A DNA stretch of 64,000 nucleotides from Planctomycetota bacterium (GCA_016712285.1 JADJRK010000001.1:2113098-2177097); one strand, 5' to 3'; counted from the stretch's first letter, positions 16,278 through 26,524 are shown. The notes: generated by a model not told the origin, from the sequence alone. Translations and numbers: made by a program.

Positions 16278-16868
16278 ATGACGAAACGTGGATGGATCTT
16301 TGTCGCGACCGTTGCGTTGCTTCTAGTCGGGGTCAGCGCCGGCATCGCACAGGAATCCAGCAAGGAAGAGGCGCCGCCCGAGGTCAAGATTGTCGAGTCG
16401 GCGGACAACCAGATGGGCGCCGAAATCTGGGGAACCTGGGTGCTGAAAGAAGACCTGACCAAGCACACAGCCGGGGAACTGCCCAAAGACATGGCCAAGA
16501 GCAAGTTCATCTTCGAGAAGAGCGAGGACAGCCAGAAAGCAATTCTCGAGAACCTGCCCGGCGTGTTGGCCGCCGCTCGCGCCGCCAATCCTGGCGATTC
16601 GGCGGCAATGATTGCGGCCTGCAAGACCATTCACCTCGCAGGCAAGCTCACCGTCGACCAGGGCGAGGAAAAGGTTGAGCTGCACTTCTTCATGATCACC
16701 GTGTCGGGCAACCAGTTGTTTTGCGCAATGGGCAAGAGGGGCGACGACTGGCGTGTAGAAACCGGGCATGTCAGCTTTGTGCGCGACCCGGAAGGCAACA
16801 ACGACCTGTTCTTCCTCGGCGGCGAAGACACCAAAGAGGTGTACACGGCCTGGGAACGCGCCAAGTAG
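16278..16868 (+). CDS. hypothetical secreted protein
   Basis: RBS AGAGGGAGAGAG then ATG; signal peptide MTKRGWIFVATVALLLVGVSAGIAQ. Confidence 0.6.
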   Translation: MTKRGWIFVATVALLLVGVSAGIAQESSKEEAPPEVKIVESADNQMGAEIWGTWVLKEDLTKHTAGELPKDMAKSKFIFEKSEDSQKAILENLPGVLAAARAANPGDSAAMIAACKTIHLAGKLTVDQGEEKVELHFFMITVSGNQLFCAMGKRGDDWRVETGHVSFVRDPEGNNDLFFLGGEDTKEVYTAWERAK

Positions 16869-16926
16869 CGCACACGTAAAACATCAAAGGACCGGCTGCG
16901 TGCCGGTCCTTTTTGCTTTCACGGCC

Positions 16927-17322
16927 CTACTTGCGTCGCGAGCGCCACATGGCGACTACTTCGTCCGACACAAGCGGCTTGACCAGGGAAGCCGGCCCTT
17001 CGACCACGCTGCGGTTGACGCCGCGGATGTGTTCGTTCAGGCGCTCAACGGCGTTGCGTACGCCTTGCTCGGCCCCGAGCAGCATGATCTCGTCCAGTTC
17101 TTTCTCGACGTCTCGGCGCAGTTGCAGGCCCGGCGGCAGAATGCTTACGCCCTCGTCGCGGATCTTCTCGCGCGCCCAGTCATCGAGGGTCCATGGCCGG
17201 TCAAGGTTGGGGATCGGCTTGCCGACGGGCAGCCCGTCAAAATCGCCGCGTTCCTGCGCCTCGCGAATCAGCCGGTCAATCCAGGTCTCGTAGGGCACTC
17301 CAAATGGTTTGCGCTCCGTCAT
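16927..17322 (-). CDS. DUF1992-family protein (DnaJ-associated)
   Basis: 131 aa; PYETWIDRLIREAQERGDFDGLPVGKPIP resembles DUF1992. Confidence 0.6.
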   Translation of the reverse strand: MTERKPFGVPYETWIDRLIREAQERGDFDGLPVGKPIPNLDRPWTLDDWAREKIRDEGVSILPPGLQLRRDVEKELDEIMLLGAEQGVRNAVERLNEHIRGVNRSVVEGPASLVKPLVSDEVVAMWRSRRK

Positions 17323-17517
17323 GGATCCCTCCGTCGAGGGCGGAAGAGGCGCCTTCAGCTATTCTAGCAACCGGGGCCCGACGCGGCATGTGTCTGTCCT
17401 CGGCACAGGCCGATTGGGCTGCGGGCCACGGTCCCCCATCGGAGAATCCGGAATATCAGGCCACTGCGCGCTGTTCACTAAGCGGACACACAAGTCTGTT
17501 TAGAGGAGGTGTGCGTC

Positions 17518-17952
17518 ATGAAAACCATCCTGGCAATCGGAATCGTCGTCGGGGCAGCGTTGATTGTCGGATGCGGCAACCACAACACGCCCAGTGCTGC
17601 CAATGGCACCCATGAACATGCGGCCCCAAGCGAAAGGGCGCCTTCGCTGGACCACGGCAATCGATGGCAAGCCGACGATCACACCCGCGCGTCCGTGAAG
17701 CGCATGCAGCAGACGCTGGCAGAAACCGATCCGGCGGACCGGACTGTGGGAATCACCCTGCAGAAGCAAACCGATGAGTTGATCCGCGGGTGCACCATGA
17801 CCGGCGAACCCCATGACCAGTTACACATCTGGTTGAATGAGTTCATGCCGGCGCTGAACCGCATGGCGGAGGCGCGGGACGACACGCAGTTCGCGCAGCT
17901 TCGTGGCGATGTACAGCACCATCTTGAGGAATACGACAGGTACTTCAAGTAA
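17518..17952 (+). CDS. hypothetical lipoprotein
   Basis: GGAGG RBS 8 nt before ATG 17518; signal MKTILAIGIVVGAALIVGCG with lipobox cysteine. Confidence 0.55.
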   Translation: MKTILAIGIVVGAALIVGCGNHNTPSAANGTHEHAAPSERAPSLDHGNRWQADDHTRASVKRMQQTLAETDPADRTVGITLQKQTDELIRGCTMTGEPHDQLHIWLNEFMPALNRMAEARDDTQFAQLRGDVQHHLEEYDRYFK

Positions 17953-17962
17953 GGCAGTCGCG

Positions 17963-18790
17963 CTACTCGCCGGGGATGCCCTTGGCGCTTTCGATGCGGC
18001 CTTCCATCGGGCTGCTGGCGTTGGCGTAGAGCTTTCTGGGTATGCGCCCCGCCAGGTGCGCCAGCCGTCCACTTTCGCAGGCGAGCTTCATGGCCACTGC
18101 CATGCGCAGCGGGTCTTGCGCGTGGGCGATGCCGGTATTCAGCAGCACGCCGTCAGCGCCAAGTTCCATGGCGATGCTGACATCGCTTGCGGTGCCCACG
18201 CCCGCGTCCACGATGATCGGAATCTTGAACTCGGGCCGCACTGTCTCAAGGATAATGCGAATGTTGTTCGGGTTCAGCACGCCCTGGCCGCTGCCGATCG
18301 GGCTTCCTGCGGGCATCACGCTTGCCACGCCTAGCTCGGCCAGGCGCCGCGCCATCACCGGGTCGTCGCTCGTGTACACCAGCACGGTGAAGCCATCTTT
18401 CACCAGCTCGCGGCAGGCTTCGAGCGTGCCCACCGGCTCGGGCAGCAGGGTCTTGGGGTCGGCCAGCACTTCCAGTTTCACCAGCTCAGTCCCCAGGGCC
18501 TCGCGCGAAAGGTGCGCGGTACGAATCGCGTCAGCCGCGGTAAAGCAACCGGCGGTATTCGGCAGAATCGTGTAGCGCCCGTCGATGAAACTCATCAGGT
18601 TCTCGGCGGGCGGGCCGTCTAGCTTCACGCGTCGCACAGCCACCGTGACGCACTCGGTGCCGCTGGCCTCAAGGCACTCACGCATCAACTCAAAGCCCGC
18701 GTACTTGCCCGTGCCAACGAATAGCCGGCTGGCAAAGGTGTACTTCCCAACCTGCAGCGGTGTGTCGAGTTCAGAAGCAGTTGTGGTCAT
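17963..18790 (-). CDS. thiG: thiazole synthase ThiG
   Basis: 275 aa; ThiG family ([33 protein letters not shown]). Confidence 0.9.
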   Translation of the reverse strand: MTTTASELDTPLQVGKYTFASRLFVGTGKYAGFELMRECLEASGTECVTVAVRRVKLDGPPAENLMSFIDGRYTILPNTAGCFTAADAIRTAHLSREALGTELVKLEVLADPKTLLPEPVGTLEACRELVKDGFTVLVYTSDDPVMARRLAELGVASVMPAGSPIGSGQGVLNPNNIRIILETVRPEFKIPIIVDAGVGTASDVSIAMELGADGVLLNTGIAHAQDPLRMAVAMKLACESGRLAHLAGRIPRKLYANASSPMEGRIESAKGIPGE

Positions 18791-18804
18791 TCTGCCTTCC
18801 AGTT

Positions 18805-19005
18805 CTAGCCGCCGCCGACAAAGGTGACGATTTCCAGCCTGTCGCCTTCTTCAAGCACGGTCTCGGCGTATCGGGCCTTGGGCAGCACTTTCAGGTTCCG
18901 TTCGGTGGCAATACGTTCGGTGCGCAATTTCAACTGGGTCAGCAGCGCGGCCACTGTGGTGCCTGGCTCAACTTCACGCTCGGTGCCATTCACGCTGACC
19001 TTCAA
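18805..19005 (-). CDS. thiS: sulfur-carrier protein ThiS
   Basis: 66 aa ending GG (LKVSVNG...EIVTFVGGG); TTG start with GGAGG RBS 7 nt upstream; directly upstream of thiG. Confidence 0.7.
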   Translation of the reverse strand: MKVSVNGTEREVEPGTTVAALLTQLKLRTERIATERNLKVLPKARYAETVLEEGDRLEIVTFVGGG

Positions 19006-19607
19006 CGAAGTGCCTCCGATGTCTGGTTCAGCCCGCCATACAGGTTGGTGTCTTCGCCCTCGATGATCCGCACCGTGCCGTCCCCCAGGATCACGGCCGC
19101 GCACACCAGCCCCTTGGTCGCACGGTAGTTCACTCGGCTTCGCACCCAGCCGGTTTCGACGTCGTGCACCATCACCCAGCGCTCGGGGTCGTGGCCCATA
19201 GGCATCGTCGGCTGGTACGCCAATGGCCGCCCGGACAGCTGGCCCACGAGCGCGAAGTCTTCAGGCAGCAGCCCGGCGTACTTGAGTTCGTCGAGTGTCG
19301 CCGGCCAGCGCACGCCGCCGCCCATCGGGCCTTCGCGATAAGCGAGCAGGGCATCGGCCAACGTTTGCAGGTGCGCGATTGCTGCGTTGCGGTCGGTCGG
19401 CGGGTTCTGCCACGGGTCAACCGGGTACTCGTGGGCGAACTCACGCTCGGGCTTGTTGCTCTGCCCCGGCAGGACAAACACCCACACCAGGCCGCTGACC
19501 ACTGCCACCAGGCACGCCAGAATGAACACAAACACGAGGTTGTTGCCCCGCGGCGGCTGCTTGGCCTCTAGCGGGACGTCGGAGACCTGTTTGGCTGGCG
19601 GTTGCAT
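19002..19607 (-). CDS. hypothetical membrane protein
   Basis: 201 aa; single TM LVFVFILACLVAVVSGLVWVFVL then soluble domain. Confidence 0.45.
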   Translation of the reverse strand: MQPPAKQVSDVPLEAKQPPRGNNLVFVFILACLVAVVSGLVWVFVLPGQSNKPEREFAHEYPVDPWQNPPTDRNAAIAHLQTLADALLAYREGPMGGGVRWPATLDELKYAGLLPEDFALVGQLSGRPLAYQPTMPMGHDPERWVMVHDVETGWVRSRVNYRATKGLVCAAVILGDGTVRIIEGEDTNLYGGLNQTSEALR

Positions 19608-19684
19608 GGCCTTACGTTAACCAACACGGGTGTCGCTGCCAGCGGGGGACGGGCACGAACGGTCAGCGAAAGTACAATCCGGCC

Positions 19685-20662
19685 ATGTACCCACTGCGCT
19701 TTCTACGCATCGAAGCCGCCAAGCCCTGGGCAGGTACGCGCCTGCGCCGGTTGTTCCCGGCGCAAGCAGCCGACGTGCCGCAGGGCACGGGCGAGTGGAT
19801 TGAGGTATGCGACTTCCCGGGCCAGAGCAGCGTGGTCGCCAATGGCGAATGGCGTGGCCAGTCTCTGCACGACCTCGTGCGAACACACCGCAAGCAGTTG
19901 CTGGGCGAGCTCGCGGCTGAATCGCCCGATGACTTTCCGTTGTGCGTGAAATTCCTCGACACCGCACAGCCGCTGAGCATCCAGGATCACCCGTCAGATG
20001 TGCGCGAATCCGCCAACAAGCGCCTGATACAGCGCGGCAAGAGTGAGTGCTGGCTTGTGCTGGATGCCGCGCCGGGCGCTGTGATTTATCAGGGCCTGCG
20101 CGCTGGCGTGACACCCGCACAGTTCGGCGAAGCGCTGACCAACGGAGACCCGCCGGCACTGCTGAATGCGCGCGCAATCAAGCCGGGCGACTTTCTTTAC
20201 AACCCGGCCGGCATGGTCCACGCGATCGGCGCCGACGTTGCGCTGCTTGAGATTCAGCAGAACTGCGCCATCACTTACCGGCTTTGGGATTTCCCGCGTC
20301 CCGGTCACGCGGAAAAGCGCGAGATGCACGTGCAACAGGGGCTCGCAGCTGCGCGCTTTGATCTGCCGCAGCCGAAGATTCTGCCCACGCACGGCAACGA
20401 CGTGCTGCTTGCGCCGGACGGACCGTTTGGCGTTCGCTCTCTGCGCGTCACCAGCGCGGCCCGCGAGGACAAAAGCTGGCCCGGGTTCACGCTGCACACC
20501 TGCCTGCAGCGCGAATGCGAAATCACCGGCCGCGCGCGCGACAACCTGCAGCCGACCATCCTGAAGCCCGGCGAAACGGTGCTGTGGCCCGCCGAGTTCA
20601 CCGAGTTCGAACTGTACCCACGCGACGACTGCTGGCTGATCGTTTCGTGGGCCCGCGAGTAG
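19685..20662 (+). CDS. manA: class I mannose-6-phosphate isomerase (cupin)
   Basis: 325 aa; PMI type I motifs QPLSIQDHPS, GDFLYNPAGMVHAIG; TACAAT -10-like hexamer 8 nt upstream of ATG. Confidence 0.7.
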   Translation: MYPLRFLRIEAAKPWAGTRLRRLFPAQAADVPQGTGEWIEVCDFPGQSSVVANGEWRGQSLHDLVRTHRKQLLGELAAESPDDFPLCVKFLDTAQPLSIQDHPSDVRESANKRLIQRGKSECWLVLDAAPGAVIYQGLRAGVTPAQFGEALTNGDPPALLNARAIKPGDFLYNPAGMVHAIGADVALLEIQQNCAITYRLWDFPRPGHAEKREMHVQQGLAAARFDLPQPKILPTHGNDVLLAPDGPFGVRSLRVTSAAREDKSWPGFTLHTCLQRECEITGRARDNLQPTILKPGETVLWPAEFTEFELYPRDDCWLIVSWARE

Positions 20663-20729
20663 CCGCAAATCCCCGGCGCAATGCTGGCGCTTTGGCGCTT
20701 TGCGGGTTAAATGCAGTGTGGAGACGAGA

Positions 20730-21605
20730 ATGCTGCTGACACGGGACGAAATGGCCTTTGATTTTCGCGGCGCGAAGTTCGACCGCGTGAAAGACCGCGA
20801 CCTGCTGGCATGGATCGCAAGCCAGTTTCTTTACGGCGAAGTCACGGGCATCCAGGTCGGCCACTGGATTCTGCATGCGCCCGATGTCGAAAGCGCCAAG
20901 TTCCTCGCGCGCCAGTGCATCGAGGAGTTGCAGCACGTCGATGTGTTCATGGAGTTTTTCAAGTGGCTTGGCGCGCGCCCGGTGAAAGTTCACCCGGTGG
21001 TGCGCATGCTCAGCAGCGAAAGCGCCGACTGGGAAGAACATTGCGCGCTGGAAATGGCCCAGGGCGAGGGCTTCGTGCTGATGATTTTCTACGCCATCAT
21101 CGCCTGCATCGATGACGACAAGCTGGCCAAACGCCTCGATGCAGCCGCCCGGCAGGAAGAAGGCCACGTCGAATTCGGCGAGCAGCAGACGATGAAGGCG
21201 CTGGCCAAGAATCCCAAGCTGCGCAAGCGCCTGCTGGGTTTGCACCTGTTGAGCCTGTGGGTGATCAAGCGCTTCGAGAAGTGGATCGGCAAGCGCGTCG
21301 ACCAGGACCACCCGGTGATGCGCATGATTCCCGAGTACCTGAAAACCATCATCGCCACGACCGACCTGCGGCTGCAACGCATGGGCATGACCAGCAAGCC
21401 TCTGGCCAAGTACGGCCGGCTGCAGACGTTCGCGCTGATCACGAGCGCGCTGGCCCGCAAAGGCCTGCGTAAGCTCGCGTTCTGGCGCTGGTTCGGCAAG
21501 AAGCGCCTGACCCACACTTACATGCACGACGCCTACCTGGCCGAAGTCATGAAACTCGCCGAAGTAAAGAACGCCGCCGGCATACCGGTCATCAAGGCGG
21601 CCTGA
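20730..21605 (+). CDS. ferritin-like diiron protein, hypothetical
   Basis: Two E..H pairs (EELQHVD; EEGHVEFGE) typical of ferritin-like diiron centres; start at MLLTRDE with RBS GGAGACGAG. Confidence 0.55.
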   Translation: MLLTRDEMAFDFRGAKFDRVKDRDLLAWIASQFLYGEVTGIQVGHWILHAPDVESAKFLARQCIEELQHVDVFMEFFKWLGARPVKVHPVVRMLSSESADWEEHCALEMAQGEGFVLMIFYAIIACIDDDKLAKRLDAAARQEEGHVEFGEQQTMKALAKNPKLRKRLLGLHLLSLWVIKRFEKWIGKRVDQDHPVMRMIPEYLKTIIATTDLRLQRMGMTSKPLAKYGRLQTFALITSALARKGLRKLAFWRWFGKKRLTHTYMHDAYLAEVMKLAEVKNAAGIPVIKAA

Positions 21606-21686
21606 GCGATTCGATAATCTTCACAGAAGTCTCGACCAGCCCCGGCAGTGATGCCGGGGCTGGAATGCAACGGGCAACTGTGACTG

Positions 21687-21698
21687 TTGACGCGTCAA
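21687..21698. promoter_or_regulatory. third copy of the TTGACGCGTCAA palindrome
   Basis: Identical 12-bp palindrome to the site at 1609-1620. Confidence 0.3.
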
Positions 21699-22122
21699 GG
21701 TTTCGGAAACAAATCGGGCTGGCCGTGCGTTCTATTCGCGATGCGTTTGGACGTTGATTTCTGACTTCGGAGAGAGCCGTGTTAGCCCCCTTTTCTTCTT
21801 TTGAATCACCTTTGGCCGGCGTTGAGTTGCGCCGGGACAAACCCGTTTCGCGCCAGGCTTACGCCCGTCGCAACCGCCCAAGCCTGCGTGCCCGCATGGC
21901 CGACGCTGTGCTCTACCGCGCACTGAAGCTCGTTCGCGTGGCACTGCGCAAACGCAGGCAGCGCCGCCGCGCCCGTTGCGCCACGCCGCTGGCCCGCATG
22001 TCGGGCTGTGCGTAGCCGCAACACCGGGTAACGCCGTTCCAGATTCAAGAATTCTTCGCCGGTAACAGGTGCTGATGCCCCGCGCTCTGCCCTACAATGC
22101 CTTGCTCAATCGGGAGCGGGCG

Positions 22123-23067
22123 ATGAATGGTTCCAGAGTCAACGTGGTGCTGCTGGCGGTCACAGTGGTGGCCGTCGCGTTTGGCGTGTACGGCTTTCTC
22201 TTTGGCGGCAGCGTGACCCCGACACCAGTCGCCGCGCCATCCCCTGCGGACTTGGCCCACGACCAACGGACACGTGCCGACACATCTGGCACCGGACCCG
22301 ATGCGGATACAGACAAACCGGCGGATGACCAGAAGCCCAACAAGCCGAAGGCAAAGATGCCTGCCGGCGATACCGACCAACCCGGCCCGGATGAACCGGA
22401 CGCACCCAAGGCACCGTCTGAGCCCCATGGCGACGGGGTCATCGAGGGCACCGTGCTCGACCCGACAGGTCTGCCCATGGAAGGTGTGCTGCTGACTGCA
22501 TTGCGCAGCAAAACCCAGGGCAGCGGCCGGAATGTTGCGTACACCTTTGGGCGAAATGAATCGGCGGAAGACCTGCGGCGTGCCGCAGAGCGGCTCAGGC
22601 TGGCAACGCGGGAAGCCGTTTCGGGCAAAGAAGGCGCATTCAAGATCGAGGGCGTATCACCTGACGACCTGTACACGGTAAGCGCGGTGGATGAAGCCTG
22701 GGGCACAGCTCAGTATGGCGGCGTCGTAGCCGGCCAGCGCATTGTGCTGCAGTTTACGCTGTCACCGATCACCTCTGGCACCGTGCACGACGAACAGGGC
22801 AACCCGCTCGTCACCCGCTACAGCTACAGCTGGGGAGACGAGTTCAACCAGGACCGGGTGTTGCAGCCGAGTGGCCGGTTCCTCATCCGCTGGACCAGCG
22901 AGAGACTGGAACGCGTCCGCCTTGAGTGCGACGGGTTCATTCCGTCCGACGCAATGGACAAGAGTTACCGTGATCGCCGAGACGTGAAAATCATCATGAG
23001 TCGCGCGCCACTGCTGCACGCACCGTATGCTCTGAAGGCGGCGAACCGGTGCGGCTGGCCAGGGTGA
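22123..23067 (+). CDS. CarboxypepD_reg-domain secreted protein, N-terminal part of a probably frameshifted gene
   Basis: Membrane anchor MNGSRVNVVLLAVTVVAVAFGVYGFLFGG; Pro/Asp-rich linker; CarboxypepD_reg-like GVIEGTVLDPTGLPMEGVLLTALRSK; stop at 23067 while the same domain architecture continues in frame 0. Confidence 0.5.
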   Translation: MNGSRVNVVLLAVTVVAVAFGVYGFLFGGSVTPTPVAAPSPADLAHDQRTRADTSGTGPDADTDKPADDQKPNKPKAKMPAGDTDQPGPDEPDAPKAPSEPHGDGVIEGTVLDPTGLPMEGVLLTALRSKTQGSGRNVAYTFGRNESAEDLRRAAERLRLATREAVSGKEGAFKIEGVSPDDLYTVSAVDEAWGTAQYGGVVAGQRIVLQFTLSPITSGTVHDEQGNPLVTRYSYSWGDEFNQDRVLQPSGRFLIRWTSERLERVRLECDGFIPSDAMDKSYRDRRDVKIIMSRAPLLHAPYALKAANRCGWPG

Positions 23068-24296
23068 ATGTCCATGCAATCGAAGAGGCGGCAGGAGAGC
23101 TTCCCGAAGAGCAGGGCCAGCGTCAAACCGACGCGCTGGGCCGCTTTGCCTTCAATTCTCTGCGCCCGGGCAAGTACCGGGTGACCGCCCGGATGCAGGG
23201 CGAGAGCAAGACCGCATTCGCCGACGTCGATCTGCGCGAAGACGTCAAGCTGGCCCTCGTGCTCGACCCCGGGCCAACGCTGACCGTGCGGGTGCTTGAT
23301 GCCGAAAAGCGCCCCGTGGGCGGCACCAACGCCTACCTGCGCGACACCGCCGGGGAATGGATTGAGACAACGACCTACGAGACCGAAACACCTGGCGAGA
23401 CCATCTTCTGTGGTCTGGCGGCTGGCCCGCTTCAACTCACGGTTACGGCGCCGGGCTATGCCATCCAGTGGTTTGACGTGGACATGCGGACGGGATCACA
23501 GACCATGAACGTCACGCTCAAGCGCGGCGGAAGCGTTTCCGGGCGCGTACTTGACGGTGCAGCGGCAGCCGTGCCTTCCATTCAGATCAGGTTTCGACCT
23601 GACGGCAGCACGTTCAGGGGAAGCGCGATCTCGGACACCACAGACGAAAAGGGCGGCTACAGCGCAAGCGGGCTGCTTCCCGGAACCTGGATCGTCGAGA
23701 TCGCCCGCGGCTGGGACGCCGAAACGCTGGTTACCGACACGCTCATGATCACCGAAGGCGAGAACCTGCGCGACTTCACGATCAGTGACTCGAGCCGAAT
23801 TCGCCTGAGCATCACACTGGACGGTCAACCGCCTGCGGATTGGCTGCGGGTGTGGATTTATTCCGAAGATTCCGACGTGCCTAGGGAGGAGTGGGTCAAC
23901 AGCAGCGATCGCAACCGCGTCATCTCTCTCGAAGAGGGCACCTACCACATATGCGCGCAGAGTGAAACGCACGCATCGCGGATGGTGCAGGTACGGGTCG
24001 CGCAAGGCGAAACCGAGGTGGTACTGCCATTGCACAAGCCCAACGCCATTCGCATCAACTGGCTTGAAACTGGCAGTGGGTATTCGCGCGGCGGCGCAAT
24101 GGAGGGCGACTTGATTTTGACCTGCAATGCCCAGGAGGTGTCGGACAAAGCCTCAATGCAGCGAATCATCAATGATTCCGCAAACCGGCCTGAAGTGACC
24201 GAGCTTACGGTGGTCATGCAGCGAGGCGGCAAGCAGGTCACGGCAAAGTGGTCCAAATCGCTGCCCATTCCGGAAACCGGTCCAGCGGTACGATAG
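23049..24296 (+). CDS. CarboxypepD_reg-domain repeat protein, C-terminal part of the probably frameshifted gene
   Basis: Several CarboxypepD_reg-like repeats (GRFAFNSLRPGKYRVTA, LTVRVLDAEKRPVGGTNAYL, GSVSGRVLDGAAAAVP, GGYSASGLLPGTWIVEI); no RBS or signal peptide of its own. Confidence 0.5.
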   Translation: MRLARVNVHAIEEAAGELPEEQGQRQTDALGRFAFNSLRPGKYRVTARMQGESKTAFADVDLREDVKLALVLDPGPTLTVRVLDAEKRPVGGTNAYLRDTAGEWIETTTYETETPGETIFCGLAAGPLQLTVTAPGYAIQWFDVDMRTGSQTMNVTLKRGGSVSGRVLDGAAAAVPSIQIRFRPDGSTFRGSAISDTTDEKGGYSASGLLPGTWIVEIARGWDAETLVTDTLMITEGENLRDFTISDSSRIRLSITLDGQPPADWLRVWIYSEDSDVPREEWVNSSDRNRVISLEEGTYHICAQSETHASRMVQVRVAQGETEVVLPLHKPNAIRINWLETGSGYSRGGAMEGDLILTCNAQEVSDKASMQRIINDSANRPEVTELTVVMQRGGKQVTAKWSKSLPIPETGPAVR

Positions 24297-24420
24297 GTGT
24301 ATGAAGTTTATGCACAGCAAGCACTTACAATATCACCACAAAAGGTGGTAGCTATTTGAGGATTCGCTGGAACTTTGGCACGGCTTATCGCGTACTTAGG
24401 TGGGTGCGCGGAGGAGCGAG

Positions 24421-25773
24421 ATGCATTCTTCTAGATTGACGATCACGGGCATTTTGGCGCTGCTGATTGGCGGCGCCGTGTTCGCGGGCAGCCTGTACTT
24501 CGCCGAAGCGAGCGAAAGCAATGCCATTCGCGCCTGCGTCGGGACAGAAGACATCGCAGAATGCAGCGTGCTTGAACCACCCCCCAAACCCCGTGAACCC
24601 GTCACGATCACACTGCCCACGGACATCGACAAGCCGGTCGGCCCGGTAGACGAGCAGGCGCTGCTCAAGACAGATGCAGAGGCAGAGGACACCGATACTG
24701 ACCCAACAGACGAATTGCCGCCGGAACTGACCGAGAAAGAGAAGGTCGTCGCCGAGCTCACCGAGCTGCTTGAGAAGGTCGGGAAGGGCCAGATTGAAGG
24801 CACTGGCCCCGAGACGTTTCCGTTCACCGTGACGATTTCAGGGCGCGTGATCGACGACGCCGGCCGCGGCGTGGATGGCGCACAAGTCTCGGCACGCTTC
24901 AGTTACACCTATGCAAAGCCGACCGCCCCCGAAGAAAGCTCGCGTCGGCGCAGCACAAGAACTTCTGCCACGAATGTCGGCGTTGTTGCCACCACGGACG
25001 CCGGCGGCCACTACACAGCCACGATCACGGCCAAGCTTCTGTCCAAGGTAGACCTGGTGACCGTGGCCATGAGCGCCACGGCTGACCTGTTTGCACCCGG
25101 CGCAGCCGTTCTGGTCAAGGACTTGAAAGAGGCAGAACAACGCACGGGCGTTGACTTGTCGATGTTCGGCGCGGGCATGGTGACCGGCCGCGTGGTGGAC
25201 CGCCAGGGCAACCCGCTCAAGGGCGTAGTCGTGAGGGGCATAGAGGCGCGGAACACAGGCGGCAATAAAATGAGCGAACCCGTGCGCCGGTCCGCTATTG
25301 CGACGCTGGTTGCCCCGACCGATGCCGACGGAAAGTTCAAGATCACCGGCCTGATCGCCGGCGACTGGGTGTTCTTTGCCACCAGCAAGACGCACCAGGA
25401 ACCTGACCAGCCTGAGAAGCTGACGGTGCTCGCCGGCAGCGAACATGTCCTGCCCGATATCGTGATGGCGCCGTTCACCAGCGTGCGTGTGCGCCTGCTG
25501 CATGAAGACGGCACCGCTGTAACCGAGCGACCGAGCGTGACGTTCTACTTCAAGCATGGCAACAACAGCACGCGGGGTCTGGTCGGCCGCGCGGACGCCG
25601 AGGGCTACGTGACCGTCACGCGTGTGCCCGCCGATGCCACGGAATTCACGCTCAGCCCGCGCGGCTACGAAGCCATCGCAGGCAACTATTTGCGCCTGAT
25701 CGAGGGCCAACTGAATGAGGCCGGCGAACACCGGGTGCGCCCGGTGCCGGCCAAGGTCAAGAAGTCTCGTTAG
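24421..25773 (+). CDS. CarboxypepD_reg-domain secreted protein
   Basis: RBS GGAGGA then ATG 24421; signal/anchor MHSSRLTITGILALLIGGAVFAG; repeats TVTISGRVIDDAGRGVDGAQV, MVTGRVVDRQGNPLKGVVV, DADGKFKITGLIAGDW. Confidence 0.65.
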   Translation: MHSSRLTITGILALLIGGAVFAGSLYFAEASESNAIRACVGTEDIAECSVLEPPPKPREPVTITLPTDIDKPVGPVDEQALLKTDAEAEDTDTDPTDELPPELTEKEKVVAELTELLEKVGKGQIEGTGPETFPFTVTISGRVIDDAGRGVDGAQVSARFSYTYAKPTAPEESSRRRSTRTSATNVGVVATTDAGGHYTATITAKLLSKVDLVTVAMSATADLFAPGAAVLVKDLKEAEQRTGVDLSMFGAGMVTGRVVDRQGNPLKGVVVRGIEARNTGGNKMSEPVRRSAIATLVAPTDADGKFKITGLIAGDWVFFATSKTHQEPDQPEKLTVLAGSEHVLPDIVMAPFTSVRVRLLHEDGTAVTERPSVTFYFKHGNNSTRGLVGRADAEGYVTVTRVPADATEFTLSPRGYEAIAGNYLRLIEGQLNEAGEHRVRPVPAKVKKSR

Positions 25774-26054
25774 TCCTGGCGGCGCAACTGCATCAATTCG
25801 CGCTTCACGCGGCGCTCGGCCAGTTCGAGCAGCCAGATGAACAGCAATGAACCCAGTGCCACCACAGCCGCCATGGGCGCGCTGTCCGTCAACACGCCAA
25901 CTGTCGGGATCATCACCATCGCGCTGAAGCAGCACAGGTTGATGAACTGCTTGAAGCCGCGCAGACGCGCCAGGCAATAGCGCTCGTTGCGTTGCGTGCA
26001 GCGTGCCGCGAGGCGCTGCGCTGCCCGTTTTCCGCTTTCGATGTAGGCCTTCAC
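25770..26054 (-). CDS. small hypothetical membrane protein
   Basis: 94 aa, one TM; ATGA-coupled to the upstream ORF. Confidence 0.35.
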   Translation of the reverse strand: MKAYIESGKRAAQRLAARCTQRNERYCLARLRGFKQFINLCCFSAMVMIPTVGVLTDSAPMAAVVALGSLLFIWLLELAERRVKRELMQLRRQD

Positions 26055-26473
26055 GCCTCGCCCTCATGTGCCCGTCGGCGCTGATTTTCTGCGCGCAACA
26101 GCAGGCGCTCGCCCGCACTGCGCCGCCGAATCGCGCGCTCGATGCCGCAGACTGCAAAGTATACCCCACCGATTGCCAGCGTTGAACCCAATACCCACCA
26201 GCCGGACCACATGATCGCATCTTCCGCGTGGCCATGTTGGCGGCTGGCGAAGTACATGCAAAATGCCGCGATCACCGAGAACGCAAGCACCAGCCCTGTC
26301 GCCAGTGCCATGTCGCGGCGGCTGCGGGTTTTTGCGCGCATGCCCATGTGTTGCTGCCAGTCTGCGTCGTGGATTGTCGCATGCATCTGTTCACGCGTCC
26401 TGCGTTGCGCTGCCAGTACTGCGGCATGCCGCGCGCTCTCACGGTAGGGCGGGATGGGGTCCTCGCCTTGCAT
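26051..26473 (-). CDS. hypothetical membrane protein (2-3 TM)
   Basis: 140 aa; TM segments LATGLVLAFSVIAAFCMYFA and WSGWWVLGSTLAIGGVYFAV. Confidence 0.4.
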   Translation of the reverse strand: MQGEDPIPPYRESARHAAVLAAQRRTREQMHATIHDADWQQHMGMRAKTRSRRDMALATGLVLAFSVIAAFCMYFASRQHGHAEDAIMWSGWWVLGSTLAIGGVYFAVCGIERAIRRRSAGERLLLRAENQRRRAHEGEA

Positions 26474-26524
26474 GCCGGTATTGTAGCTTGTGGCGTGGCT
26501 CTATGGACAGGAAGCGACGGGCGC

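Noticed and set aside
19608-19684. Possible TPP riboswitch upstream of the thiS-thiG region
   Set aside because: No CUGAGA / ACCUGAUCUGGAUAAUGCCAGCG-type conserved blocks. thiS directly abuts the upstream hypothetical gene, and the region instead carries a TACAAT -10 for manA on the other strand.
21779-22015. 78-aa ORF upstream of the CarboxypepD_reg genes
   Set aside because: Arg-rich, no RBS, lies in the promoter/leader region; likely non-coding.
24383-24400. Sigma54-like TGGCACG...TCGC element upstream of gene 24421
   Set aside because: The spacing between the GG and GC elements is off by one and the -12 region (ATCGC) does not match TTGCW.
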